Shown piece after piece: positions 1 to 6,898 of a stretch of DNA of 27,602 nt. How positions within the stretch are numbered: the first letter of the stretch is position 1; every line of letters starts with the position of its first letter. The stretch is from a virus (Duplodnaviria > Caudoviricetes), in IMG/VR virus record IMGVR_UViG_3300046786_000428, positions 1 to 27,602 of that record; one strand, written 5' to 3'. The notes below the pieces were generated by a model. The model was not told where the DNA came from. It saw only the letters and a program-made list of their open reading frames with translations, and made no database searches. A program made the translations under genes and the position numbers.

Positions 1-60
1 GACTAGGCGTGTTTCCTTTTGCGTTTGTTAGTGGGCTTGGCGCTCGATCTGTAGCTGAAC

Positions 61-190
61 AAGGGCAAGGGCGGCCCGGTGCATGGCATGGCGTGGCAGG
101 GGGGGTAGGCCACGGGGCGGGAGGCGTGCCGGGTCGCGGGCCGACGCCCCTTCAATCGCGTATAGATGAGTTCACCCCGCACTTCCCCCC
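61..190. other. G-tract/C-tract non-coding site (candidate packaging/terminus signal; G-quadruplex-capable)
   Basis: G runs at 63-65, 69-71, 99-105, 114-117, 119-121, 131-133 and 138-140, followed by C runs (147-150, 174-177, 185-190). No convincing ORF. The function is inference. Confidence 0.35.
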
Positions 191-212
191 TCAACTTTGC
201 TTATAAGATTAC

Positions 213-241
213 TTGCCGAACTTCACCTCCACAAGTAGCTT
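213..241 (+). promoter_or_regulatory. sigma70-like promoter, leaderless transcript
   Basis: TTGCCG(213-218)-17 nt-TAGCTT(236-241); ATG at 249 lies 7 nt after the -10 box. Confidence 0.65.
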
Positions 242-248
242 ATGGAAT

Positions 249-467
249 ATGGGACGCAACGCAGTATCGCTCGCAGGTCGCCGTTTCGGCAAATTGGTGG
301 CCGTGGAAATCGTGGATCGTAACCAGTTCCGCAACTCGCGGTGGCTGTGCCAATGCGATTGTGGAGGCGTTAAAACGGTCCTCTACCAAAACCTCGTCAA
401 TGGCATGGTGACATCGTGCGGATGCGTCAAACGCGGTAGGAAGCCAAGGGAGCAGCGGGCGAACTAA
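249..467 (+). CDS. stand-alone zinc-binding module protein (N-terminal domain of HNH/AP2-type homing endonucleases), 72 aa
   Basis: MGRNAVSLAGRRFGKLV..SRWLCQCDCG..NLVNGMVTSCGCVKRGRKP; start moved to ATG 249 because of the promoter; paralog of 2565 and 6093. Confidence 0.8.
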   Translation: MGRNAVSLAGRRFGKLVAVEIVDRNQFRNSRWLCQCDCGGVKTVLYQNLVNGMVTSCGCVKRGRKPREQRAN

Positions 468-490
468 CCCCATCCAAAATTCCTTCCAGT

Positions 491-508
491 AGAATAACTT
501 ATCCATTT
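491..508 (+). repeat. AGAATAACTTATCCATTT box, copy 1
   Basis: identical 18-mer at 1967-1984; 16-mer core at 2508-2523; variant at 2778-2790. Confidence 0.85.
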
Positions 509-534
509 ACACCTCACCCATCTCCAACTACACT
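506..534 (+). promoter_or_regulatory. sigma70-like promoter of the methyltransferase
   Basis: TTTACA(506-511)-17 nt-TACACT(529-534); ATG at 546. Confidence 0.65.
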
Positions 535-545
535 TACCTCCCAAT

Positions 546-1307
546 ATGAACCACCCTCTACTCCTCCTTGGCGACTGCCTTGAACGCATGACCGAAATCC
601 CTGATGGCAGCGTTGACCTCATCCTCACAGACCCTCCTTACGGCACAACGGCGTGCAAATGGGATGCGGTGATTCCGTTTGAACCCATGTGGAAGCAGGT
701 CTGGCGCGTCCTAAAGCCAAATGGAGCCGCAGTATTCACTGCCGCCCAACCCTTCTCAAGCGCCCTAGTAATGAGCAACGTTGCTGAATTCTCATATCAG
801 TGGACGTGGATCAAATCTAAGATCACTGGAGTCCTTAACGCGAAGAAAATGCCTGTTCGTAAACACGAACAGGTGCTCGTCTTCGGACGGACGAAAACCA
901 CCGGAACCTACAACGCCCAAGGTCTCGTCGCGAAAGGAACTGTGACGCGGCAAGGTGGAAACAGCCAGAATTACGGTTCGCGCAGCAGCAAACCTTACAC
1001 CCAAGAGTGGTCCAACTGGCCGAGAGACGTGCTCGAAATTCCGTCTGAGGGGGCTACGGTCCACCCCACCCAAAAACCCGTCGCCCTGATGGAATACCTC
1101 ATCCGCACCTACACCAACGAAGGTGAGACGGTGTTAGATTTTACTGCTGGATCATTTACAACAGGTGTTGCGTGTGTTAATCTTAACCGTAGTTTTATTG
1201 GGATAGAGTTAGATAAAGGCTATTTCGATACAGGTATTAACAGAATTAAGGAGCGCATTAGATGCCTAGATTTAAAGATAGAACCGGAGATAAGCACGGA
1301 AGATTAA
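546..1307 (+). CDS. site-specific DNA methyltransferase, N4-C/N6-A, beta class
   Basis: GDCLE..VDLILTDPPY (motif IV) precedes HPTQKPVALMEYLI..VLDFTAGSFTTG (motif I)..FIGIELD; the 3' part from ~1135 is AT-richer than the 5' part. Confidence 0.93.
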   Translation: MNHPLLLLGDCLERMTEIPDGSVDLILTDPPYGTTACKWDAVIPFEPMWKQVWRVLKPNGAAVFTAAQPFSSALVMSNVAEFSYQWTWIKSKITGVLNAKKMPVRKHEQVLVFGRTKTTGTYNAQGLVAKGTVTRQGGNSQNYGSRSSKPYTQEWSNWPRDVLEIPSEGATVHPTQKPVALMEYLIRTYTNEGETVLDFTAGSFTTGVACVNLNRSFIGIELDKGYFDTGINRIKERIRCLDLKIEPEISTED

Positions 1308-1847
1308 CCGTAATATCACATTCAGGCAAAGACCATAGAAATAAGCACTTATGGCTTTGCTTGTGTGAGTGCGGGAATGAAAAGGTTGTGGTTTCAGATA
1401 ATTTATCCAGCGGCAAGTCCAATAGTTGCGGCTGCCTAAAGTCTGAGTTTTTAGCTAGAAAGGGCAATCAGTATGGTCTTTACGAGGATAGGGAAGTTGC
1501 ACTTCTAAAGGTTCAATACAGCCACCTGAAAAGGCGCAATAAGTTGAAGAGTTTTTCTGATGTAATCAGCTTTGACGATTTTTGCACAATTTCAAAGTCA
1601 CCATGCAAATATTGCGGTCTTGAATATTCAAAGGAAATTGAGGACAGGTTAAACGAAAGTAAGAAGCAAAAGAGACTATCTGACCATGTTTTAAATTGCA
1701 ACGGTGTAGACAGGGTTGATAGTTCAAAAGGCTACACTGTAGAAAATAGCGTGGCTTGCTGCAAGTATTGCAATACAGCTAAAAACACGATGACAGAAAG
1801 TGAGTTTTACACTTGGATAAAGAGGGTTTATGAGTTTAACTTTTAAC
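1135..1847 (+). mobile_element. free-standing homing endonuclease insertion carrying a replacement 3' end of the methyltransferase
   Basis: AT-rich block between the GC-richer MTase 5' part and a second, displaced copy of the MTase C-terminus at 1848-1973; left boundary approximate. Confidence 0.8.
1262..1846 (+). CDS. HNH homing endonuclease with N-terminal zinc module
   Basis: [26 protein letters not shown]-terminus; C-terminal [33 protein letters not shown] beta-beta-alpha-metal nuclease motif. Confidence 0.88.
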   Translation: MPRFKDRTGDKHGRLTVISHSGKDHRNKHLWLCLCECGNEKVVVSDNLSSGKSNSCGCLKSEFLARKGNQYGLYEDREVALLKVQYSHLKRRNKLKSFSDVISFDDFCTISKSPCKYCGLEYSKEIEDRLNESKKQKRLSDHVLNCNGVDRVDSSKGYTVENSVACCKYCNTAKNTMTESEFYTWIKRVYEFNF

Positions 1848-1973
1848 GGCACGACCGGAGTAGCTTGTGTCAACACAGGCAGGAACTTCATCGGTATCGA
1901 GCGTGACGATGGCTACTTCGCGATTGCCAAGGAACGCATCGAGAAGGCAATGGGGATTACTCCCTCAGAATAA
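1848..1973 (+). pseudogene. displaced original C-terminus of the DNA methyltransferase
   Basis: translates to [41 protein letters not shown], collinear with [33 protein letters not shown] in 546-1307; no start codon. Confidence 0.9.
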
Positions 1974-1984
1974 CTTATCCATTT
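1967..1984 (+). repeat. AGAATAACTTATCCATTT box, copy 2
   Basis: identical to 491-508; contains the TAA stop of the displaced MTase end and overlaps the next -35. Confidence 0.85.
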
Positions 1985-2011
1985 GCCAACTCCCACATCC
2001 CGCACTAGAGT
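1983..2011 (+). promoter_or_regulatory. sigma70-like promoter
   Basis: TTGCCA(1983-1988)-17 nt-TAGAGT(2006-2011); ATG at 2027. Confidence 0.65.
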
Positions 2012-2026
2012 TGTTTCGTTACCAAT

Positions 2027-2512
2027 ATGACCGAAACACCTCCAAAAGACCCACCCCTTCCTCGTTACCACGACCTGACAGGCCAAGTCTTCTCACGCCT
2101 GACAGTCCTCTCCTACGCGGGTAAGGCTTCCCACGACTCCCTCTGGCTGTGCCGGTGCTCCTGCGGAAGGGAGAAAACAGTCCGCTACTCTGGCCTTGTG
2201 CGTAGCCGGTCAACGTCCTGTGGCTGCTATCGGCGTGAAGTTCACGCCAAGCGTTGCGAGCGTCCAGAGGGCCATCAGCGCACGCAGAACAACCCTCTGT
2301 GGCGCATTTACTCGTCAATGAAGACACGCTGCTACAACCATCGCAACCCAAGCTACCGTAACTACGGCATGAAGGGCATCGAGATGTGCCAGCGTTGGCT
2401 GGACAGCTTTGACGCCTTTGTGGATGACATGGGGCAGCGTCCTGCGGGTGCTCGTCTGGCTCGTCTGGACAAGAATGGCTCCTTCTCATCCTCCAACTGC
2501 CAGTGGAAATAA
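2027..2512 (+). CDS. zinc module + degenerate HNH (homing endonuclease-derived, probably inactive)
   Basis: DLTGQVFSRLTV..WLCRCSCG..TSCGC; PLWRIYSSMKTRCYN..YGMKGIEMCQRW..SFDAFVDDMGQRP is typical of phage HNH/AP2-type proteins, but the usual LDRID reads LARLD and the ORF stops right after NCQWK. Confidence 0.82.
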   Translation: MTETPPKDPPLPRYHDLTGQVFSRLTVLSYAGKASHDSLWLCRCSCGREKTVRYSGLVRSRSTSCGCYRREVHAKRCERPEGHQRTQNNPLWRIYSSMKTRCYNHRNPSYRNYGMKGIEMCQRWLDSFDAFVDDMGQRPAGARLARLDKNGSFSSSNCQWK

Positions 2513-2523
2513 CTTATCCATTT
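2508..2523 (+). repeat. AATAACTTATCCATTT box, copy 3
   Basis: 16-mer identical to the core of copies 1 and 2; contains the TAA stop of 2027-2512; TTGCCA follows at 2528-2533. Confidence 0.85.
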
Positions 2524-2564
2524 CCTCTTGCCATCCATCCACCGGCATAGTAGAAGACAACCAA

Positions 2565-2777
2565 ATGGGCCGCACCTCCAAATCCCTCATTGGCAACCGC
2601 TACGGCAAATTGCTCGTAACCGAGTTCATCAGCCGCAACGACCATCAAAACTCCCGCTGGTTCTGCGTCTGCGACTGCGGAGGCACGACCGAGGCCATGT
2701 ATCAGAATCTAGTCCAAGGAAAGGTGAAGTCCTGCGGGTGCATGAAGAGGGGCAGAAAACCTCCACCTTCCACTTGA
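2565..2777 (+). CDS. stand-alone zinc module protein, 70 aa
   Basis: MGRTSKSLIGNRYGKLLV..NSRWFCVCDCGG..YQNLVQGKVKSCGCMKRGRKP; clearly similar to 249-467; ATG at 2565. Confidence 0.82.
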   Translation: MGRTSKSLIGNRYGKLLVTEFISRNDHQNSRWFCVCDCGGTTEAMYQNLVQGKVKSCGCMKRGRKPPPST

Positions 2778-2802
2778 AACTTATCCAATTAACGACTAGC
2801 GT
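2774..2802 (+). promoter_or_regulatory. sigma70-like promoter with box variant AACTTATCCAATT in the spacer
   Basis: TTGAAA(2774-2779)-17 nt-TAGCGT(2797-2802); ATG at 2815. Confidence 0.6.
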
Positions 2803-2814
2803 TACCACCTCGAT

Positions 2815-3192
2815 ATGACACTCCAAGATATGAGCACCTCAACACCCGACTACTGCGAGCCGTGGACTATTCAAGAAGGCCATCTTTCCACAAGCCTGTT
2901 TGATGGCAAAGGAGCTTACTTTGCCGACATCCATGAGCTTGTTGGTGAAGATAGCTCTGTTGCATGGGCTAAAGCAGAGCGCATCATCGCCTGTGTCAAC
3001 GCCTGCGCTGGCGTGGCTGACCCGGAGAAGGAGATTGCCACCATGCGCGAGGCGATCCGTGAGGCTAACGCAGCCCTTGGCGGATGCCTTAAATACATCC
3101 TGAAATTACCGTTGTCAGGCAGTGATTCCGAATGCGAAACAATGGACGACGCCCACGATGCTCTACGCAAACTCCAACCCTTCATCAAATGA
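2815..3192 (+). CDS. hypothetical phage protein
   Basis: 125-aa ORF behind a promoter; PW..AERIIACVNACAG motif of the kind seen in small phage early proteins; ATGA overlap with the next gene. Confidence 0.75.
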   Translation: MTLQDMSTSTPDYCEPWTIQEGHLSTSLFDGKGAYFADIHELVGEDSSVAWAKAERIIACVNACAGVADPEKEIATMREAIREANAALGGCLKYILKLPLSGSDSECETMDDAHDALRKLQPFIK

Positions 3193-3377
3193 ACTCAGCC
3201 CACGCAGCCCTTCTTCAATGGCTTCAAGATAACCCCGGCTTTTCAATCATCGTTTGGGGGCCGGATGTGAAGCAGCCCTACTGGCTTGTCCGTAGGCCAT
3301 CCCCTCATTGCATCGACGGGATTGGAGAATCCTACGAAGCCGCCTGCTACGACCTGCTTCAGCAACTCAAGCGATGA
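3189..3377 (+). CDS. hypothetical protein, 62 aa
   Basis: ATG 3189 overlaps the upstream stop (ATGA) and its stop overlaps the next ATG. Confidence 0.65.
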   Translation: MNSAHAALLQWLQDNPGFSIIVWGPDVKQPYWLVRRPSPHCIDGIGESYEAACYDLLQQLKR

Positions 3378-3523
3378 AACCACTCCTAGCCATCTGCCTA
3401 CTTCTGGCCTCTTGCCAGAGTAAGGAGCGCCCCACCTTCCGCGACTACCTCGACCTGTGGTTTGTCGTGCCTGAGAATCCTTTTAAGCCACATGACGCAC
3501 ATCCAGACCAAGACCATCATTGA
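3374..3523 (+). CDS. small lipoprotein, 49 aa
   Basis: MKPLLAICLLLAS-C: basic N-terminus, hydrophobic core, lipobox LASC; ATGA coupling. Confidence 0.65.
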   Translation: MKPLLAICLLLASCQSKERPTFRDYLDLWFVVPENPFKPHDAHPDQDHH

Positions 3524-3758
3524 CCTGTTCCTTTCAACAACACCGGGCATGCGGTCAACCTCGACCGCTGCATGTGTGGCGGTGATCGCAGAAATGGGCC
3601 AAGCCACGGTTTATGACGTGACGGCAAGGCTCGGAACCACCCGAGAATCTGCCACCAGAACCCTAGCATCACTTGTTGAGGCCGGATTTCTCACAGTTGA
3701 GAAAGGATCAGCCGGAATCCACGGCAAGAAACGCAACATCTACCGAATCAAAGCATGA
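3492..3758 (+). CDS. winged helix-turn-helix DNA-binding protein
   Basis: ATVYDVTARLGTTRESATRTLASLVEAGFLTVEK..RNIYRI pattern (MarR/ArsR/TrmB-like wHTH); ATG 3492. Confidence 0.75.
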   Translation: MTHIQTKTIIDLFLSTTPGMRSTSTAACVAVIAEMGQATVYDVTARLGTTRESATRTLASLVEAGFLTVEKGSAGIHGKKRNIYRIKA

Positions 3759-4168
3759 ACACACCCACACCACCCGCAGGATACAAGCTCGTCAAAGGAG
3801 AGGACATTAAGGACCGCGTGCCGGAAGGGGCGCTGTATTGGATACCTTGTGGCGAAGAATGGGACGAAGTTTGCTACAAGAAAATTCCACCCGAAAGCAG
3901 TCTAATGGGAGCTTTCTACGCCATCCCGGAAACCAAGCCTGAGCCGGTTGCCAACAACCCTCTCTCCCAGCAAGAAGGCGGCAACCACTACAAGGGGCTT
4001 GCCATCCAGCCGGTCGAGTTCATTCAGGCCAACAAGCTGTCGTTTCTGGAGGGGTGTGTAGTAAAGCGCGTCTGCCGCCACCGGGCGAAGAACAAGGCCG
4101 AGGACATCCGCAAGGCCATCCATGAGCTTAGGCTGATTTTGAAGCTGGAGTATGGGGAGGAAAGCTGA
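3755..4168 (+). CDS. DUF3310 (SaV-like) domain protein
   Basis: QEGGNHYK..IQPVEFIQAN.L.FLEG.VVK..CR...KN.AEDIRKAIH.L signature in the C-terminal half. Confidence 0.85.
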   Translation: MNTPTPPAGYKLVKGEDIKDRVPEGALYWIPCGEEWDEVCYKKIPPESSLMGAFYAIPETKPEPVANNPLSQQEGGNHYKGLAIQPVEFIQANKLSFLEGCVVKRVCRHRAKNKAEDIRKAIHELRLILKLEYGEES

Positions 4169-4241
4169 AAAATCCGCTTGATAGCCTTTAGCAAAGGGGC
4201 TTACTTACTCAATCTTCAAAGAGAGAGCCTTAGCTAAGCCT

Positions 4242-4988
4242 ATGCCCACCAAAAACAAGATGAAAGTCCTCACGATGGAGGCTGGTTTGATCCAGTCCCT
4301 GTCTCATTTACCGCACACCCAAAAGCTGCTTTACCGGGTTTTATGGGAGATGGCGGACCCAATCGGCGTCGTCCAGTATGACATCGGCCTGATTTCGGAG
4401 CATTGCGGCGTCAAACTGCGCGAAGAGGACTTTCTTGCCCTTGGGAAACGGGTTTGCCAGATCAACGACTACGAATTGCTGTTGCCGCTTTATCTGAAGG
4501 CCCACGCCCCCACGCTATCTCCCAAATGCCGTGGTCAGGCGAAGATTTGGCGTCTCATTAAGCAGCGTTTCAGGGCGACTCCAGACCACATGCGCCCATT
4601 TTACGACTTTTGGGAGAAATGCGGCGTTCCTGACTGCGCCCCCGAGATGCTCGGGGTTTACCTTGGAGAGGACAAGCCTCTCCCGAAGTGGCTCATTGAA
4701 CACCGCGAGAAGATCAAGAAAGCTGAATCAGTTGATACGCCCTACGGATGGCCGGAAGAAGTGGTCGAGAAGTTCAAGATGTTCATCCAGCGCAGGGTTG
4801 GCGCTGCTTACGACAGCACGACGAAGGCTGACTGCAATAGGACCGAAATCGACTCTCAATCTGTCCTTCTTCATCAGCAAGTGGTCGGCGAGGCGCTGAA
4901 TCGAAAGATTTCACCCGAGGTTATCAGCCAGTCCATCTACGAGGCCACTGTCGGAAACTACAACACCATACGCATTAAATTGAAATGA
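4242..4988 (+). CDS. putative replication initiator / replisome organizer-like protein
   Basis: N-terminal KLLYRVLWEMADPIGVVQYDIGLISEHCG resembles phage replisome-organizer N-terminal wHTH domains; recalled similarity only. Confidence 0.45.
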   Translation: MPTKNKMKVLTMEAGLIQSLSHLPHTQKLLYRVLWEMADPIGVVQYDIGLISEHCGVKLREEDFLALGKRVCQINDYELLLPLYLKAHAPTLSPKCRGQAKIWRLIKQRFRATPDHMRPFYDFWEKCGVPDCAPEMLGVYLGEDKPLPKWLIEHREKIKKAESVDTPYGWPEEVVEKFKMFIQRRVGAAYDSTTKADCNRTEIDSQSVLLHQQVVGEALNRKISPEVISQSIYEATVGNYNTIRIKLK

Positions 4989-5674
4989 AACTTACTGAGG
5001 AAGAAATTGCGATTGGGAGAGCTGAATTTGAATCAAACGTGGTCAAATTTGGTAAAATGCCAGACCAATCAAATCCGCATTACGTTGGATTGGGTCAATG
5101 CTGGGATTGGAAGGGTCCGGTAATGGGCGGATATGGAAGGCTCAAGAGCTTGAACAAAACCATATCTATTCACAGGTTTTCCTACTTTATTCACAATGGA
5201 GAGATACCGAAGGGCATGGTTGTTATGCACCGCTGCGACAACAAGATTTGCGCCAATCCCGATCATCTTGAGACTGGAACCAGTATCCAAAACATTAAAG
5301 ATGCTCACAAAAGAGGGCTGTGTAAGAAAAGAAAGCGGTTTAAAAGCAGCTTAGATTTCCAAGTCCTCATGGCGGCTTCGTCAGGAAAGGTTTCTGAAGC
5401 CATACATGAAATTTTCGACGTTCTTCACAATCTTTCCGAGGAAAGTGATGAAAACCGAAGGGTTTTGACAAGATTTCGATCTACTCACGCTTGGTTTAAA
5501 TTGGTTGAAGCGATTGATGCCAACTTCCTTTATGCTGTGCATGAGTTTGCGCCTCATCTGCTTTGTCAGGCTCACATTTGTGAATTGCCAGCCAAGAAAA
5601 ATATAACCTTGAAGGGGTTCAAGGAAGGGTGGTTGATGGATGGCAGAAAGGCAGACACTCTCATCTATGAGTAG
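4985..5674 (+). CDS. HNH endonuclease (HNH_3-like) with C-terminal extension
   Basis: CWDWKG..GYGRL..IHRFSYFIHNGEIPKGMVVMHRCDNKICANPDHLETGT..NIKD; AT-richer than flanks. Confidence 0.88.
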   Translation: MKLTEEEIAIGRAEFESNVVKFGKMPDQSNPHYVGLGQCWDWKGPVMGGYGRLKSLNKTISIHRFSYFIHNGEIPKGMVVMHRCDNKICANPDHLETGTSIQNIKDAHKRGLCKKRKRFKSSLDFQVLMAASSGKVSEAIHEIFDVLHNLSEESDENRRVLTRFRSTHAWFKLVEAIDANFLYAVHEFAPHLLCQAHICELPAKKNITLKGFKEGWLMDGRKADTLIYE

Positions 5675-5687
5675 ATCATAAACTTGC

Positions 5688-5716
5688 TTGACCCAACCAT
5701 CCCTCCACCGTATAGT
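5688..5716 (+). promoter_or_regulatory. sigma70-like promoter
   Basis: TTGACC(5688-5693)-17 nt-TATAGT(5711-5716); ATG at 5732. Confidence 0.75.
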
Positions 5717-5731
5717 TAATCGCAACACAAT

Positions 5732-6040
5732 ATGACCCTCCCCAACATCCAGTCCCAACACCCGGACATTCACGCCTCGTTTGTCGAAGCCTCCGATCTT
5801 GAGCGCCAAGCCTCCGATCTACTCAAGCGAGCAAATCAACTTCGCATCAACGCCCTCGAAAAAATCCGCATGCGCCAAGGCTGGTCAAAAAGCCACCTCG
5901 GCAAGGTGATCGGCTTCCAGCCTGAGTCTCGGTTCATCTTCCGAATCCTTCAGGGTAAGTATCCGATGAAGGCGGGGTATTTGGAAAAGGTGGATGCGGG
6001 GATGAACGCCCAGCTCTCCGACGCGCAGCGTTCGGAGTAG
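5732..6040 (+). CDS. coiled-coil + XRE-like HTH protein
   Basis: helical N-terminus, then LEKIRMRQGWSKSHLGKVIGF..FIFRILQGKYPM; paralog-like to 7051-7359. Confidence 0.7.
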   Translation: MTLPNIQSQHPDIHASFVEASDLERQASDLLKRANQLRINALEKIRMRQGWSKSHLGKVIGFQPESRFIFRILQGKYPMKAGYLEKVDAGMNAQLSDAQRSE

Positions 6041-6056
6041 CGCCACGGTTCTCTTC

Positions 6057-6085
6057 TTGCCATCCCCTCAAATTACCGTAAGTAT
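6057..6085 (+). promoter_or_regulatory. sigma70-like promoter, leaderless transcript
   Basis: TTGCCA(6057-6062)-17 nt-AAGTAT(6080-6085); ATG 6093 lies 7 nt downstream. Confidence 0.5.
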
Positions 6086-6092
6086 GGCCTAA

Positions 6093-6311
6093 ATGGCATA
6101 CCCACCCAAGTCCCTCAAAGGCCGTCGCTTTGGCCGTCTGAAAGTTATCAGCTTCCTTGAACGCAATGAGCACTCCAACTCCAAATGGCTTTGTTGCTGT
6201 GATTGCGGCAAGGAAACCGAGGCTTACTACCAACATCTCACCCGTGGCGAAAAGAAGTCGTGCGGGAAATGCGGTCTGGTGAAGCGAGGGGTTAAACCGA
6301 AGAAGAAATGA
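6093..6311 (+). CDS. stand-alone zinc module protein, 72 aa
   Basis: KSLKGRRFGRLKV..NSKWLCCCDCG..YQHLTRGEKKSCGKCGLVKRGVKP; third mini paralog. Confidence 0.82.
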   Translation: MAYPPKSLKGRRFGRLKVISFLERNEHSNSKWLCCCDCGKETEAYYQHLTRGEKKSCGKCGLVKRGVKPKKK

Positions 6312-6478
6312 ACCACCAACTCGCCACCCCTAAATCCGAGTCAGAACGCCGCGAGGAGCGCCGTGGCCTCCAGCAGCTTCATCCCGGCAATCGTTTCCGG
6401 CTGATGGCTGGACTGTCGATGTTGCCAGAAAAGGAGCCACGGCCTGTGAATGAACGTGTTGATAACCGGCAAACATGA
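6308..6478 (+). CDS. hypothetical protein, 56 aa (not in ORF track)
   Basis: MNHQLATPKSESERREERRG..RQT*; ATG overlaps the upstream stop (ATGA) and the ORF fills the gap to the next gene. Confidence 0.5.
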   Translation: MNHQLATPKSESERREERRGLQQLHPGNRFRLMAGLSMLPEKEPRPVNERVDNRQT

Positions 6479-6490
6479 GTATCCTCCTTT

Positions 6491-6898
6491 ATGGACTCCC
6501 TCATCACCCAGCTTCGCGCCCTTCAATTCCTCGCTCACCGGGCGCACAACGTCATCAAATGCCCGACATTCTTCGAGGACCATGAGTTCCTTGGTGAGCT
6601 TTACCCGGCTTACGAAGCAGCTTACGACAGCGCCGTTGAGCGTGTGATTGGCCTTGGGACTGAGAAGTTGAGCCTCGCCAAGATCAACATCGCGGCATCC
6701 AAGATGTCCGACATCCTGCCCAACGAGACGAAGCCAGAACCTTTCTTCCGCGCCATTCTCAAAGGCGAGAAAGACCTGTGCGGTATGATTGATGAGGCGG
6801 TCAAGGATGCCTCGCAAGGCACGCAGAACTTGCTTCAGGGATTCGCCGATGACGCGGAAAAAAGGCAATTCCTTCTCAAGCAGCGTCTTTCCGCTTGA
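6491..6898 (+). CDS. Dps-like ferritin-fold protein
   Basis: H-x11-H-x14-D-x3-E ferroxidase spacing (HNVIKCPTFFEDH..YDSAVER), the Dps signature; four-helix bundle length. Confidence 0.85.
   Translation: MDSLITQLRALQFLAHRAHNVIKCPTFFEDHEFLGELYPAYEAAYDSAVERVIGLGTEKLSLAKINIAASKMSDILPNETKPEPFFRAILKGEKDLCGMIDEAVKDASQGTQNLLQGFADDAEKRQFLLKQRLSA

Noticed and set aside
3-206. Short ORFs on both strands at the left edge
   Set aside because: Low-complexity G/C-run translations with non-ATG starts; no support.
1135-1847. Group I intron or intein in the methyltransferase
   Set aside because: The insert is entirely coding with no room for a ribozyme core and no intein C/S..HN ends, and the upstream ORF already has a complete C-terminus.
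491-2790. CRISPR array or oriC-type DnaA-box cluster
   Set aside because: Repeats are 13-18 nt and separated by whole genes (270-1480 nt); no cas genes; the match to the DnaA box is only 7 of 9 and the copies are not clustered.
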